DNA of 64,000 nucleotides from Bugula neritina (taxonomy: Eukaryota > Animalia > Bryozoa): NCBI GenBank assembly GCA_964035545.1, contig OZ037768.1, positions 2,264,741 to 2,328,740 of the forward strand, written 5' to 3'. Made by a program: the position numbers and the translations under genes. This document shows positions 25,208 to 39,110 of this stretch, one piece after another. Under the pieces are notes generated by a model. The model had not been told where the DNA came from, searched no databases, and worked only from the letters and a program-made list of their open reading frames with translations. The first letter of the stretch is position 1, and each line of letters opens with the position of its first letter.

Positions 25208-28200
25208 ATGGAGCACTGTAAGGAGCCACGTTACACTTTCCAGTGACTTAAAATATACTTAAAGAATTAAAATTAAAAAGCTTTTTAAGCAAAGGACCTT
25301 TTGCATATCATCTTTGTCTTGTGGAAGTTGCTGCACTTACTCTTAGTCTTACTAAGAGTAAGAGTCTTAAACTCAAAGTTACTCACTTAGTCTTACAGTT
25401 ACACTTACTGTTAGTGTTACTGCTACTATTACTATGTATTAGTGTTAATCTTGGACTCGAAGTATCACTATCAGACTCAGCGTGACTATGAGTATGAGTA
25501 ATAGTAACAGTTAACAGTAACCAGTGAGTGTGACTGTGAGTCTGACTGTCAGACTCTGTATGAGTGTGGCTCACAGTGACAGTTACTCAGTGTCACTACT
25601 AGTATTAATAGTAATACTAATAGCTCTAGTAATTGACCATTAGAGTATAGATAATACTAAAAATACATGGCATATAAGTTATAATTTAAATTTATAAATA
25701 TTTATGAGAAAACTTAAAGTTTTACTTATAGTGGTAGTCATACTGATACTCATACTGAAATTCAAATTTAATATCAACCTGAATATCAATATGTAGACTT
25801 AGTATAAGTCTTACTATTAGATTTAGTATTAGCATTAGTCTATCAATATGACTTGTAAAATTTATAGTTGCTCAGTTAGGCTACTTGTAATTCTCACTTC
25901 AAGTTGATTAAATTCAATTTAAGACGCAATATAATAATGAATATATCCCGTATGTGATATACTGTAAGTGTATACATAATCATAAGGCATGTAATTGTAC
26001 ATAATACAATATTTATGATAAAATTTAAAAAATCCATATGCTATTAGAATCAATTGATTGATAGCATTCACAAGCATTTAGCACTTCGAATAAAAATGGG
26101 TGGTGTTACTTCTAGCCATTTTGAAATTAGTTTTCATCTGCATTAACCAATAATAAAGTTAATGAGACTTTAGTTTTATCGTGTTTATTGGAAAGTTGGT
26201 GGCTTTGCTTATAACTGAAAACTTAGTATTTTTAGTAAATATATTAATATGGGTATGTTGTAGTGAGTTGTGTTGGAAGAATAAAGTGTGTATGTTCTGT
26301 AAAAATGTGATTTAAGAATTACAAAATAGTTTTAGCTCTATATTGTATGATTAAAAAGTGTTTTATGCCATCATACTTTTCTAACTCACTATTCGAAATT
26401 GCCTCTATCCAAAAGTATTATTGTTTGTGTTGAAAAGACATCTATTTATTTTTAGATATCACCAATGCTGCCTGGTAGCCTAGAAACTAGAAAGTAAATA
26501 TTTCGTAACATTCATTACTTACTATGCATGTAGGCAATGGTGTTGCTGTGGTTGATATGGGTGGTAAGTCAATCTCCTGCCTTTATTTTAAAATAACTTG
26601 TCTCTTGGAGATAGATGAATAGAAGATTGTAAATCGTTCATACCAGTGTGATTTAAAGGTTAGTGCTATTGTATTATGAGTATTTGATTATCTTTTCATT
26701 AAGTGAATTTTGCAGGGATGGATGCCCGACTGCGGGGGACTAACCAGGTGTTTGCTGGAGATATTGATGAGTCAATGGTACGTTTGTGGTATATTCATTA
26801 ATTCTAATAAATAATGTCGGCTGTCAGTATTTTAAATTTTTATAAAAAATATTAAATATCAAGTTTTAAACATATGAGTTGTGATACACATGAGTTGATT
26901 ATACTACTTGTGGTTTCAGCAATCATTCCAACGTGTAGGAGCATCTCGCTATCAGCCTGTTAGGGAATTCTTGAGGATATTGACAAGGTCTTCTAAGGGC
27001 AGAAAACTCCTAATATATCTTGCCATTAACCTTGCTTCTACAGGTATACAATTGATGCCAATTATTTGCTATTTTTACATTCTATAATAGACATAGAATG
27101 GAAAGTCTCCTTTATTTAGTAAAGTAATACCTATGAGAATTTTAGGTTTTTCTACAGCTCACTTTACAGGTAGTTAACATTCATCACATGGTACTATATT
27201 GTAGCGATATTGCTGGCCTGGTGCCAAGTCTCAAACTCCATGTCTCTCACTGCCCTGGCTTACTTGACTGTGTTTGATCTCTTCTATCTCCTCACTTCAG
27301 CTGTTTCCATCTGGTCTTACAGTAGACGCCCTTCTTCTATATTCTCTTTTGGGTACGAGAGGTTTGAGGTGAGCTCCCTTATTCTGCTATGAAAATGTTG
27401 GTTGTAGTAGCAGCTTATGTTTGTGTTTTTCTTTTACTTTTTGTTCAAAAAAGTTTGGCCAATGCAATATTAATTTGAATATAAGTTCTACAAAACATGA
27501 AAGAATTGAGTAAAAATGTTAAAGTTATATAAGGATTTCTTTCTTGACAGAGTATAAAGAATTTTCAAGCTTTACATTTCACCAGTTGACTTATAATATT
27601 TACTGCTTCAGGTGTTGGCTGTATTTACCAGTACTATGTTGGCTCAACTAGGCAGCTTCTTTATATTCAAGGAAAGTGTGGAGAGAATATTTGAACCTCA
27701 TCACATCCACGAGTGAGTAGAAATAGTTTTCACCAGCTTTCTACCACTTTGCCTAGCCAGCAATCATAGCAATTGTAAATAGGTTATATAGAGTTACAGT
27801 TCACACTATTATATATTTAAATAATGAAGTTTTTGAAATTTATCTTCAGTATTCTTGTATGTACTTAGTTGGCATGGTCACTAATTAGAGTACTACTTGT
27901 ATGTATGACTCATAAACAAATATTTCAGAGGAAAGCTGCCTCTCGGAGCTACCTTAGCCATGCTAGTTCACTCACTCTTCATATACAGCTCTGAAAATTT
28001 ACCTTTCCAACACGTGATACAAGCTTGCAGCTCTAGTTGGCTACAGGAACATATGGCTGATGTCAGTGAAAGGTACGTCGGTCTACTTTCCCTCTCGTAT
28101 TTCCTAACTATGTGCAGGAATAATTTACACTTTAGGCTAGTGAAATGTAGAGCACACTTTAGCCAATCAAGTGTCAACAGAATTTACTTGCTGCTGTAAA

Positions 28201-29898
28201 GTTAATTTCTTCATATTCATTCAAAATTAGAAATAATATAACTTGCGTAGTATATGTTATATGTTGGTGCTTGTAGTAACACATGTTATCGAGAGTACTG
28301 TGTAGTATATGTCTGTAGTAACACATGTTTTGTTTTAGTTTGTGTCATGTGATGCCTGGGCTGAGCAGAGTTCTTCTACCTCGCAGCAACCCTCTGACTC
28401 TACTTGGCTGTGCATCTACTCTCTGTGTGCTGGCAACTTACATTGCTATAGACATCAAGTTAGTACACTCACATAGCTATAGACATCAAGTTAGTACACT
28501 CACATAGCTATAGACATCAAGTTAGTTCTCACATAGCTATAGACATCAAGTTAGTACACTCACATTGCTATAGACATCAAGTTAGTTCTCACATAGCTAT
28601 AGACATCAAGTTAGTTCTCAGATAGCTATAGACATCAAGTTAGTACTCACATAGCTATAGACATCAAGTTAGTACTCACATAGCTATAGACATCAAGTTA
28701 GTACTCGCTCATTATTAGTTACTTGAGAATATTACCTTGTTTATGTTAACATATAAGTTGGTACAAAGTTAAAGTGTGGGTTGACTTTAGAACCCATTGA
28801 ATTAAAGCATCAGATATTCAAAGTATAAGCTGTCATGTGAATTCCTATACAAGTTGATTGATTTTCTTATTTTAGAAATTACCAGGGTGCTGACGCGACG
28901 GCAGCATTATGTATGGCTATATTCACTATTGGTACAATGTGGCCAATGAGCTCTTATACAGGTGTGCAGTATGTATATGTCGTAGTATGTTGTACAGGTG
29001 TGTAGTATGTAATGTTATAGTATGTTGTACAGGTGTGTAATATGTAATGTTATAGTATGTTGTACAGGTGTGTAATATGTAATGTTATAGTATGTTGTAC
29101 AATTTACTGTTTTAGGTAGAATATTGTTGCAAACAACTCCTTCGCATATTATTGGTCAGCTAGATAAACTTTTACGTGAAGCCTGCACCTTAGATGGCGT
29201 TCTAGAATTCCGGAATGAACACTTCTGGACTCTAGGATTTGGAAAAATGGTAACTTTAAAATAACTTTCCGTTTCTTTTCAATTTAATGTTGGTCGAGTT
29301 GTGCATTTTACTAACCCTGTGTATGTCACTGCGTTTCTATCATTGCATTATGCAAATGATAGAAATGCAGTGTTTTCATTCGGTGTTAGGAAACACAACC
29401 ACAAGTTCATACAAACTGCTACCACAAATTAATCCCTACGAGCATCTATTGGCATAGTGCGAAGTCATAGAAACACAGTGAATATTGCACAAGCCACCAT
29501 GTCTATTTCACCTGTTGTAGGCTGGCACAGTGCATGTCCGTGTGCGAAGGGATGCCAACGACCAGCTGGTACTTGCTCATGTCTACAGCAGATTAGCACC
29601 AATGATATCTCAACTTACTATACAAATCTTTAAAGACGATTGGTCAAGATCCTCAGCCTATCATATTATAAACAACACCTCAGTAGCTCCGCCCCCCATA
29701 ACTCCTATTAAACCCTTTAATGCTGCTGCTATTCAGCCTCTCCTACCAGGCAGTGGGTACTTACCAAACCTGACTGCAGGTACAACTAACAGTCTAAAAG
29801 CTGCTTCACAGGGTTCACATACTCTGCAACCTTGGACATCTACCCCTTATTCCACTCCTCTATCCACACCTATGAAAGGCAGATCTAATCCATCGTAG
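25208..29898 (+). CDS. SLC30A6: Zinc transporter ZnT6 (CDF family), ~450 aa
   Basis: Exons 25208-25217, 26534-26563, 26716-26777, 26920-27043, 27205-27368, 27612-27712, 27929-28072, 28339-28458, 28876-28961, 29116-29249, 29521-29898 (1353 nt). Diagnostic YLTVFDLF, FSFGYERFEVLAVF, SSSWLQEHMADVS, LLQTTPSHIIGQLDKL, HVRVRRDANDQLVLAHV, QIFKDDW. First three small exons are less certain. Confidence 0.95.
28446..28706. repeat. 29-31-bp minisatellite (CTATAGACATCAA|GTTAGTACACTCACATAG), ~8-9 copies, duplicating the exon end and donor
   Basis: The first unit is the last 13 nt of the ZnT6 exon plus the GTTAGT donor at 28459. Confidence 0.95.
28957..29101. repeat. 35-bp minisatellite (TACAG|GTGTGTAATATGTAATGTTATAGTATGTTG), 4 copies filling a ZnT6 intron
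   Basis: TACAGG at 28957, 28993, 29028, 29063; intron is 28962-29115. Confidence 0.92.
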
Positions 29899-30546
29899 CC
29901 CCTCGTTTCTATTTTTATGCATATTTGCAGTGAGTCATTTTATTTACTTGTTGAACAAAACAAGCTTATGTTTTGTATAATATAATTTTAAACCATTGTT
30001 TTATATTTTATTTATTTGTAATTGTTCTGGTAATCTGACAAGGTATAGCAGTCGCAAAGCAATAGAACATTTTTTCACAGCTGAGAACATATTTAAGCAG
30101 TGTATCTAATTTAAACGTAAGAAAACCTACTTAGAGCAAAATAAACTTGAAAAATTGCTTAAGGTTTTTTAATGTTAGTAACACTCAGCTATCATCTCAT
30201 TTGATAACCTCAAGAATAGAAAGTTTCACTCTCATTGCAAAATAAATATGGGAAGATCAACTAGATGAGATGCTCTCCATTCAAGATTCGAGTGTGGGAT
30301 TCATCTTCCCACTAATCCAAGCCTCCATATAATACAGCGAGTACTACTGGTCAAGGTGCATGAAATTGATTCTAGCATAACATCTAGTGGTTCTGTGTCA
30401 ATTCCAAGTAGCGAATCAGATTGATGACCATCATAAATATAATAGAAGTGGTTTCTAAAGTCACGGCATAACTGAGGTATCTGTTTTCATACAGTAGCTG
30501 TATTTACCATGTGCTTATGAAGCCCAGAATGCTGAACTTTGACCCG

Positions 30547-33500
30547 TCACACTTTTGTTGGATGAGAATAGAAATTCTGCTTCTGCTGGTTATCTTCTTT
30601 TGGCAGCATTGACTTGGAGTACCCGCCTTTGAACAGAAACATTACATATTAACTAAGCAAAAAAGATGGCCACTAGCTGATGGTGTGGGGCGAATCATTA
30701 GCGAAATTTCCAGCCAATGCAATGTTTTCATTCATCTACTACTAACAGACTTTAAGCATGGTAGGTTTAGTAGTTCAACAACCAGGGGACTTATTCTGAT
30801 GACAAATCTATGAAAGCTGCTTGATAACATTTACACAGCAAATTTATTTAGACATAGAATCAACACTCTCATCTTAGCTTAGTTTAATTTTAATGCATTA
30901 TTTTTTCCTTCAAACCTATATCTACTAATCTATTCACCCTACGAAATTGCATTATGAATACCCTGAAGTGTTTAAACTGAAGCGAGAAAGCTGATGGGCT
31001 ACTATACATGTAATTAATGATCTTACATATGACTATAGTTAACTGATGACAACATGTGATGTCCTGATGGTAAAAGGTAAACAAGTAACCTGCTGAAAGA
31101 AGAGCTCTCCTAGACCACCTCTCTTCTCCAGAGGCGCTGTCAGTACCAAAGTATTTAATATACACTATGGTTCCCACTGGTAGACCTGCGGCTTCCGAAT
31201 GACTTATCTGATCAACACAATCAACAGTTTAATACAATCAACAGTTAAAAATCAACATGATAATCAACAGATTAGTACAATTAACAGCATGATCAGTTAA
31301 CGATTCCACAGAAAGTTGAAAAAATCTCAAATTAAACTGAAAACTGAGTAGTTATTTTTATAGTTTATATTTTAAATCAATAAAAGAAACAATAAAATAT
31401 AAAGACAGCAGCTCATGGAATAAACCAACAGACTATAGAGACATGAAAACTTAGAATTAAATTACCCTAAGAAATGTTCAGAACTTAGAACAAAGACAAG
31501 GGTATATAAAATGAAATAGCATATGCAGTGAAATGGTCTAGAGATTACATTAACAGTTCTCCATGTGGAGATAATCACCTTTTTTATATCCAGCTGAGAG
31601 TTTCTAACAAACACTGGATCCATTTGCTGGTGTATTTCAACGTATGCACCACTTGGTTGTAACTCCACAATCTTGCCTTTATATGTGTTCCCGAATTCAA
31701 ACTGTACTGGACTCTAAATAACAACCCAACTCTTATTTCTCATCAGTAGATAATTCAGAAATAAACTTTATGAAAATGTGAAACTATAGCAGACGTTACT
31801 ATGAAACTATAGCATGTATTACTATAAAACTATAGCATGTGTTACTATAAAACTATAGCATGTGTTACTATAAAACTATAGCACATGTTACCCCAATCTC
31901 TTGCAGCTCTTCTATCATTGATTTAGCACTGTTCAGATCTTGGAGGTTGGAAGCAAATATGCCAAAAGACTGGTCATCATTCACTGAGATGGTGACACCG
32001 GTGATAGCTTCTATATGTCGCATGTTGGCCTTGACCTTACCCCTGTACTTCAGTGGCAGGCTGATAGACTCTATGGAGCACAAGATGAAGAGATTGATTG
32101 AAACAGGATGCATATAGCTTAATGTCTAGAGTCTAGACTATAGAGCAGTGCAGTACATGAATTATTAAAATTAATCATAAAATATAGAGCATTAAATGAA
32201 TTATGAAGAGTGTAAATCAACAGGAAAGTCGGATAGTAGAAATGCTATGATTAGCTGGTAGCGCACCAACCTGTGCAAGGCCAGTTGTCTTTCCTATCCC
32301 GAGGCTGAGGTATACATTCCTCCATCTTACTTAGTATATGATTAAGAGGCTCTGGTAAAGACAACAAATCAATGAACAACTCGATAGAATGTCGTCTCAT
32401 TAATAGAAAGCTGAACAATTGAGTGCATAAACTGCAACATGGTATTTTCACACATAAAGTTATACTTTAGTTGTGCGACAAGCTGCATTTAGATGGTCTG
32501 AATGTGATGTATACAACAATGAGATAAACCATCCATTAGAATGAAGCTGAATTACAAAAATTAAATAATTTAATTCCTTTACCTTGTGAAGCTTTCGTCA
32601 TTTCTGTGATTATGTCAATTGAAACACCTTGCAGCTTGAAATCTGCCTACAGCACAAGGTTGCACAATTTACCTCCAAGCATAGAAAGAGAAGTACTGTT
32701 AGAGCAAATAGCCAAAATAGTTACATAAACATGTCACTACAGACCAGTTGTAAGGCAGAAAATAGCGACACAGAATGGTCAGATATCTCTGGCCATTCAT
32801 GAATACAAATAGTATGTTAAGCACCAAGACAGAAGTACCTCCATACCTGCAGAGCAGTGAATCCATGACTAGTTCCTGCTATCTTGAAGTCACTATCACC
32901 AGCGTAATCCTCTAAGCCCTGAACATAGACACATGGTAGCACAACTCCACAAACACATATAAACTTGAAATATTTGCAGAAAGCCTATGGCTTACTACCA
33001 TAAACTAAGTTCTACATATCAGATGGCAAGTCAGTTCCCCAATTTTTTAGTGACCTATAAAAAAGGTCGCAACTTTTCAGGCGATCAACTAAGTTCACTT
33101 TATCACCAGCTCTACTTGTACTTTATTAGTACTAAAATATGTTAGATGTTAGAGTATGATGATCGACTTATAGGCATAACACAAGGAAATGGTGAAGTCA
33201 TACTACATTAAATAGAAACAACACTGTGATTGGCTCACTAACCAGTATATCGGTGAGTATGCAGTGTTTCTCTATCTTTCTATTGTTTGTTTTGGTTATC
33301 AGCCCCATGGCTACCCCGGCAGCGGGTCTCTTTATCGGCACTCCGGCATCCAGGAGAGCCAGGCTGCCGGCACAGACAGACGCCATGGATGAGGAGCCTG
33401 CAAATATTACATGAGTATAGTCAGTATAATACATGTGTATAGTCAGTATATTACATGTGTATAGTCAGTATATTACATGTGTATAGTCAGTATAATACAT

Positions 33501-36500
33501 GTGTATAGTCAGTATAATACATGTGTATAGTCAGTGTAATACATGTGTATAGTCAGTGTAATACATGTATATAGTCAGTATAATACATGTGTATAGTCAG
33601 TATAATACATGTGTATAGTCAGTATAATACATGTGTATAGTCAGTATAATACATGTGTATAGTCAGTGTAATACATGTGTATAGTCAGTGTAATACATGT
33701 ATATAGTCAGTATAATACATGTGTATAGTCAGTATAATACATGTGTATAGTCAGTATAATACATGTGTATAGTCAGTATAATACATGTGTATAGTCAGTG
33801 TAATACATGTGTATAGTCAGTGTAATACATGTGTATAGTCAGTGTAATACATGTATATAGTCAGTATAATACATGTGTATAGTCAGTATAATACATGTAT
33901 GGTTATCAAGGCATAAAAAAACTAGCAGTTGTTATTCCATGTCAGGAGTGTAAAGTTGCCATGCCGTATGTCAGGGGAGTAGTCAAGTGGGGGGGGGGGG
34001 GACATACCATTAGACTCAAGTACCTCAGCTGATACCCGTATGGTGAAAGGAAACTCTTTCGGTACGACTGCCTTCAACCCCTTTTCAGCCAAAGCACCTG
34101 TTGGGACAGAAGATGGAGGATTCAAACAGCTACCATCAATAGTGAGGAAGATAAAAGAGCACCTGCTGAGATGAACATACACAGCAGGTGCTCTGGTTGA
34201 ACGCAGACAGTCATGTGACATGAGGTAAGAGGTAAATAAGACAGGGCAACGTACCGTGACCAATCTCTCTTCTCTTAGCAGCTCCACCTTTCACCTCCAG
34301 ATCTCCTGAAGCAAATTGGGGGAACTGTTGAAACCAGAAACTCTCATTAAAAATCAACTCCACAACAATAACTAGTTTATATTCAAATTTATTTAAAAAT
34401 AAATGACACAATATCTACATACCTGGTAATGAAGCATAAAATTCTTCTCAGACCTTCCCCTGTATATAGAAATGCATTTCGTAAACACAGACAACGCGGT
34501 GATAGAATATGCAAAGAAAATATCACTGTGATTAAAAACTACAGCAAACACTCAAAGGACTACCGTGCACACTGACACAACTACAGTACACACTGACACA
34601 ACTACAGCACACACTGACACAACTACAGTACACACTCACACAACTACAGTACACACTGACACAACTACAGTACACACTCACACAACTACAGTACACACTG
34701 ACACAACTACAGTACACACTCACACAACTACAGTACACACTGCCACAACTACAGTACACACTGACACAACTACAGTACACACTGACACAACTACAGTACA
34801 CACTGACACAACTACAGTACACACTGACACAACTACAGTACACACTCACACAACTACAGTACACACTGACACAACTACAGTACACACTGACACAACTACA
34901 GTGAACACACTCACACAAGTATCTCAGTGGCAGGGTCGGCCTTCGACATCGCCTCCAGGCTGTCTAGCGTCACCGATGCCATGACCTGTGTTTGACCTCT
35001 CTGGAAAAGGGAAGAGCCATGAAGAGGTTTGAGAACATCGACCTCGCAGCTGATTGGACGAACTCTATCCAGTGGCCTGCCATCTGGTCTGCAAGAAGAA
35101 TGATAGATCCAATTAGATTTTACTTTTACTCTCACAAATTTTTTTTACATTCAACTCAATAAAGGCTTTCTAAATGCCATGAATGGTGGTTTTAGTTTGA
35201 AAAATAAATTTTTGCTACGATTTTCAGGCTTTTGTAGTCTTTTGGTAGATTCACAGGAGTTGTTTGTCAAGGAGCTACAAAGGCAATAGTCAATAGCCAT
35301 GCCAGTCGAATGGCAATAAATCAAATGAGGGGGAGAGTAGGCGCCCGGTTAGGAAAGTGACAATATTCACAGACATTATTGTACTGATGTGTACATAGCA
35401 AGCACCTGACTTACCTGATATGTTGATCAAGTATCACATCCCTCATGACATCTTTCGACAGGTTGCTGAAGGCTGTAGAGATGACACCTGGCGACACATT
35501 GGAAAGGTTTTCATTGGATTCGGCTGCAGTCAAAGCGTGTCGCAGTATAGCCTGGAGAGCGTTATCTCTAGAGTACTTGTCATGGGTGGTCGTACTGAAC
35601 ACCCGCAATATGAAAGTCCTATAATTTCTGCAGATACACAAAATTCTGGTCAAGCCGGTTATAGGAAACCAGAAATAGCTCTTATTTAATTATTGAATGC
35701 ATTTCACAAGCAAATCACAGATGGCAGTCTAAATACACATTTTAATTCTTGTATCCTTCCACAGAAACTTTTCAACACCATGTGATATGATGACATCATT
35801 ATACAAATTCAACATCAGCGAATAATGCAGCTTCTTTTTTCTTGCTCATCTTCGAATAGCAAGCACTCGTTGATTAATCTTATTTCAACATGCAATTGTA
35901 ACTTAACATCTCCATCTTCAGAGGGATGGCTATGAAGGTGAAACCTGCATAGAAGTTCTGTACCACACAGACTTGATAGTGTAGAAAGAATGAGCAAAGT
36001 GCAGTCATTTCAACACCAATACCAGAGCTCCAACAAAACACTATATTTTCATAGAAAATTGTTTATAGTTTCTTAGACACTCCAGGTAAAGATTCTGATT
36101 TCACTTACTTCATCAGCCAGTCATTAACAAGAGACGAGAGAGAAGTGGGAGTGGTTAGGCTCTCGTCTGGCAACTTATTAGGTCTGTGTTTAGCCACAAT
36201 GCTAGAAATAACCGAAGGGATGAGGCTGGCCTGCCTGGCCCCGAATGCCATTGCCTCCAGCAAGTTAGCCATAGATAACTCCTGGGCAGAGCCGTCCAGC
36301 ATCACTACAACACAATCACACACTCGGCATATCCCAGAGCAGCATGACAGCAGGCCAGTTTGGTAGGCATAGCTTAATTGTCCACGAAAATATATTTAAA
36401 CTAACAAATAAAATAAAATCTTTATTTTATTTATCTCTTTAAATGAATAGAATCAGTCAATTATAAAAATAATGTCACAAAAACGCTTTAAATATGCACA

Positions 36501-38743
36501 AGCAGTTGATTGCTGTGAAGAGTTGCTACAGTGTGTACGAGCGTGTGTGTGTGTATTGTGTGTGGTGTGCACATTGGCCTCAGCTAAAATACAGTCTCCA
36601 AGGGTTCACAACCTCTATACAGTCCTTAGGTTGAAGATTACAAATGTCAAGTTTAAATTAAATGCCAGAAAGAAGTGTTGTACACCACAAATAAGAGGTT
36701 AGATCAATGACAGCAAGAACAAAGTTTGATAAGATTGTCAACTCTGACACTTTAGAAGAAAACCTGAAGACCTACCTATATCCGTGTTGGCTAGGGCAGC
36801 CACCACCAGGTCCAGCTGACTCTTGGACATCACATCTCGGGAAGGATTGAGCACAGGCATATTGTCTATCCAGCCAACCCGGACTGCACCAACTGGATTG
36901 TGCCATGGAATGTTGGACATGGCCAACGCTGCCGATGCTGCGAGAGACAAAAGTCAGCCACTACTGATACTTCACCCAAACATTACATATACAGGTCTAT
37001 AACATTTTCCTTTCTTGTTGGCCTGGTTTGTTTTTACACAACTAAGTTAGTACATAGTTCAGAAAAGTCTTCTGCCACCTTTTATGCCATTGGCGAGGTA
37101 GAAATGGCAGCGATTCACCGAATATACATGCTGCATGTAAATCAGAAAGATAGACTATGTATGATACCTGCATTGATGGCCAGCACGTCTGGCTGATTGT
37201 GGCGATCAAATGCTTGGAGCTGACATGAGATTTGAGTGTCATAATTGTACCCGCCCGGAAACAACGGACGGAGGGAACGGTCTACAATAAACATAATAAA
37301 CTTACAAACCTGTTTATGAACACATGTAGGGAGAGCGAATTGATAGACACTGTTCAAAGCAGTTTATACCTATAATCCGAGATGTTAGTATCTCACTCTG
37401 TGATTGAGCCAAATCTCTGCGTAGAAAATTGGTAGGTATTCTTCCCGTGGCAGCTGCTTTCTGTCTATAGTCAACCTGCCAACATCAACAGACTATTAGG
37501 TTTACTGTGCACCCACTAAGGGAACACAACTGCTAACATCAACAGACTATTAGGTTTACTGTACACCCACTAAGGGAACACAACTGATGGATGTAGTGAT
37601 CTGACACTTACTGTGAGAGGCAGGAAGGATTCTTCAGTAGGAGAAGAGCTAGTAACAACTGTAGCCAGGACAGATGTGTCGCCGCACTGAAATTATTCGA
37701 TAATAGAATCGTTCACAAGCAACTCAAGAGCTACACTGTGGAAATTAAATCTAAAGCCACCACTATGTGCAGCACTGAGCTAATTGACCGCTTGCTCATG
37801 CTGAATTAGAGTGTTGAAATCTCTTAATAATGAAAAAATAGTAATTAAATAATGAAAACCTATCATACTCGGACAATATAAAAAATATAGTAAACTTTGG
37901 CAAATGCAGCTAAAAATAAAAATGTAAGGTTCAGTTGTTGCGCTTATTAGCAAATACAGAATGAGAACTATAAACATGAATATAAATTTCATCACATAAA
38001 ATAGAAACAGGAATAGTGAGAATAGAAAATATGGTTATAAACTTAATTAATTTTCACTGACTGTAATTTTTCAAAGATTCTCAAAAACTAACCTTTTGTA
38101 AGCCAAATAAAAAAATCCAATTACCTTTATTGATGCACTGCCATTTGCTAGTTTAGCCAGTTTTCCTACAGTAATTTCACCTTGACTAAAACAAGAACAC
38201 ACTAAGTGTAAGTGTAACTACTAACTGCTACTAGTAGTAGTACTACTATTAGTACTAGTAGGACTCAGACAACTTCAAAAAATATAATTATTAAAAATCA
38301 GAATTACTATTAGTTTTACTATTAGTATTAGTATTATATTTACTATTAATGCTATTAGTATTACTAATATTATTAGTAATAGCATTAATTATTTACTATA
38401 ATTATGATATTCATATTCACTTATAGTTATTGATTATCAAATATTATCGACATCAGTTATGATGATAATGAATCGTCATCGTCATAATCATGATCATCCC
38501 ACATTCACAGTGACGGTCACTTCAAGTTCATGATGATCATGATGATCAATTTCAAATTAACAATAAGTATAACTGCGTTATGGTTACAAAATTCAAAACT
38601 TACCCTAAAGGTAAGGCATAAGTACTTGGATTACCATAGCTCCAACCACTTTTATGTCGTTTGAGAAGATACGCAGAAAAATTTGGCCTTAAACATCTCT
38701 TTAGACAATTATTGCAAACCCACTCTCGTCCCACCGAGCCCAT
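30547..38743 (-). CDS. PNPT1: Mitochondrial polyribonucleotide nucleotidyltransferase (PNPase), ~773 aa, 20 exons
   Basis: Exons 38743-38604, 38185-38125, 37686-37612, 37475-37370, 37281-37168, 36937-36776, 36304-36109, 35627-35415, 35088-34915, 34459-34423, 34324-34255, 34097-34008, 33397-33243, 32918-32847, 32646-32583, 32351-32271, 32070-31892, 31713-31579, 31207-31090, 30626-30547. Motifs [74 protein letters not shown], then KH and S1. Last exon less certain (AAG acceptor). Confidence 0.97.
31780..31891. repeat. 23-bp minisatellite (AAACTATAGCATGTGTTACTATA), ~5 copies, abutting a PNPT1 donor
   Basis: On the - strand most units carry GTAACA, as does the true donor at 31891. Confidence 0.85.
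33404..33900. repeat. 22-bp minisatellite (TCAGTATAATACATGTGTATAG), ~22 copies, abutting a PNPT1 acceptor
   Basis: TCAG at 33421, 33443, 33465 and onward. Confidence 0.95.
34567..34918. repeat. 21-bp minisatellite (CACACTGACACAACTACAGTA), ~16 copies, seeded at a PNPT1 donor
   Basis: Explains the spurious HTDTTTV/CSCVSVY ORFs; CACACTCACACAA variants recreate TTGT|GTGAGT on the - strand. Confidence 0.95.
37474..37587. repeat. ~54-bp tandem duplication including a PNPT1 acceptor
   Basis: Two copies of CTGCYAACATCAACAGACTATTAGGTTTACTGTRCACCCACTAAGGGAACACAA in a 136-nt intron. Confidence 0.9.
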
Positions 38744-39110
38744 GCCTGCTGTAGGAAACAAAGTGTGCATGATCATTAATTTCGACGCTCGTTCAAATTC
38801 ACAAGTACGTAATAATAACAGCTTGAGCTCTGCACACAAACTCATGGAATATTATAACAAACACGATAAGCTGTATGATACTCAAGACTTCTGTCGTTGA
38901 GTTTCTTGTCCAACTATAAATTCTCCAAGTCGCAACCGTAAACTAACGCTAAAACTAAAAGATAGTGGCAACTAAGTTAATTTTGTTTCAATAATAATTA
39001 GGAGTTGTTACTAAGTAAAAATAAACATAACATTTAATTGGTTTTAGTTAATATAGTTCATTTAGATTGTATATTTTTTGTATCAACAGAGCTAGGGCGA
39101 AAACGACGTC
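38744..39110. promoter_or_regulatory. Probable bidirectional promoter, PNPT1 (-) / IFT43 (+)
   Basis: Head-to-head arrangement; CpG-containing segment flanked by periodic low-complexity tracts; TGGCAAC at 38966-38972. Confidence 0.55.

Noticed and set aside
34532-34984. Cys-rich and Thr-rich repetitive ORFs (CSCVSVY, HTDTTTV)
   Set aside because: Translations of a 21-bp intronic minisatellite in PNPT1.
35750-35760. U12-like GTATCCTT (and ATATCCTC near 18940)
   Set aside because: Wrong strand for PNPT1, or not at an exon boundary and a poor consensus match.
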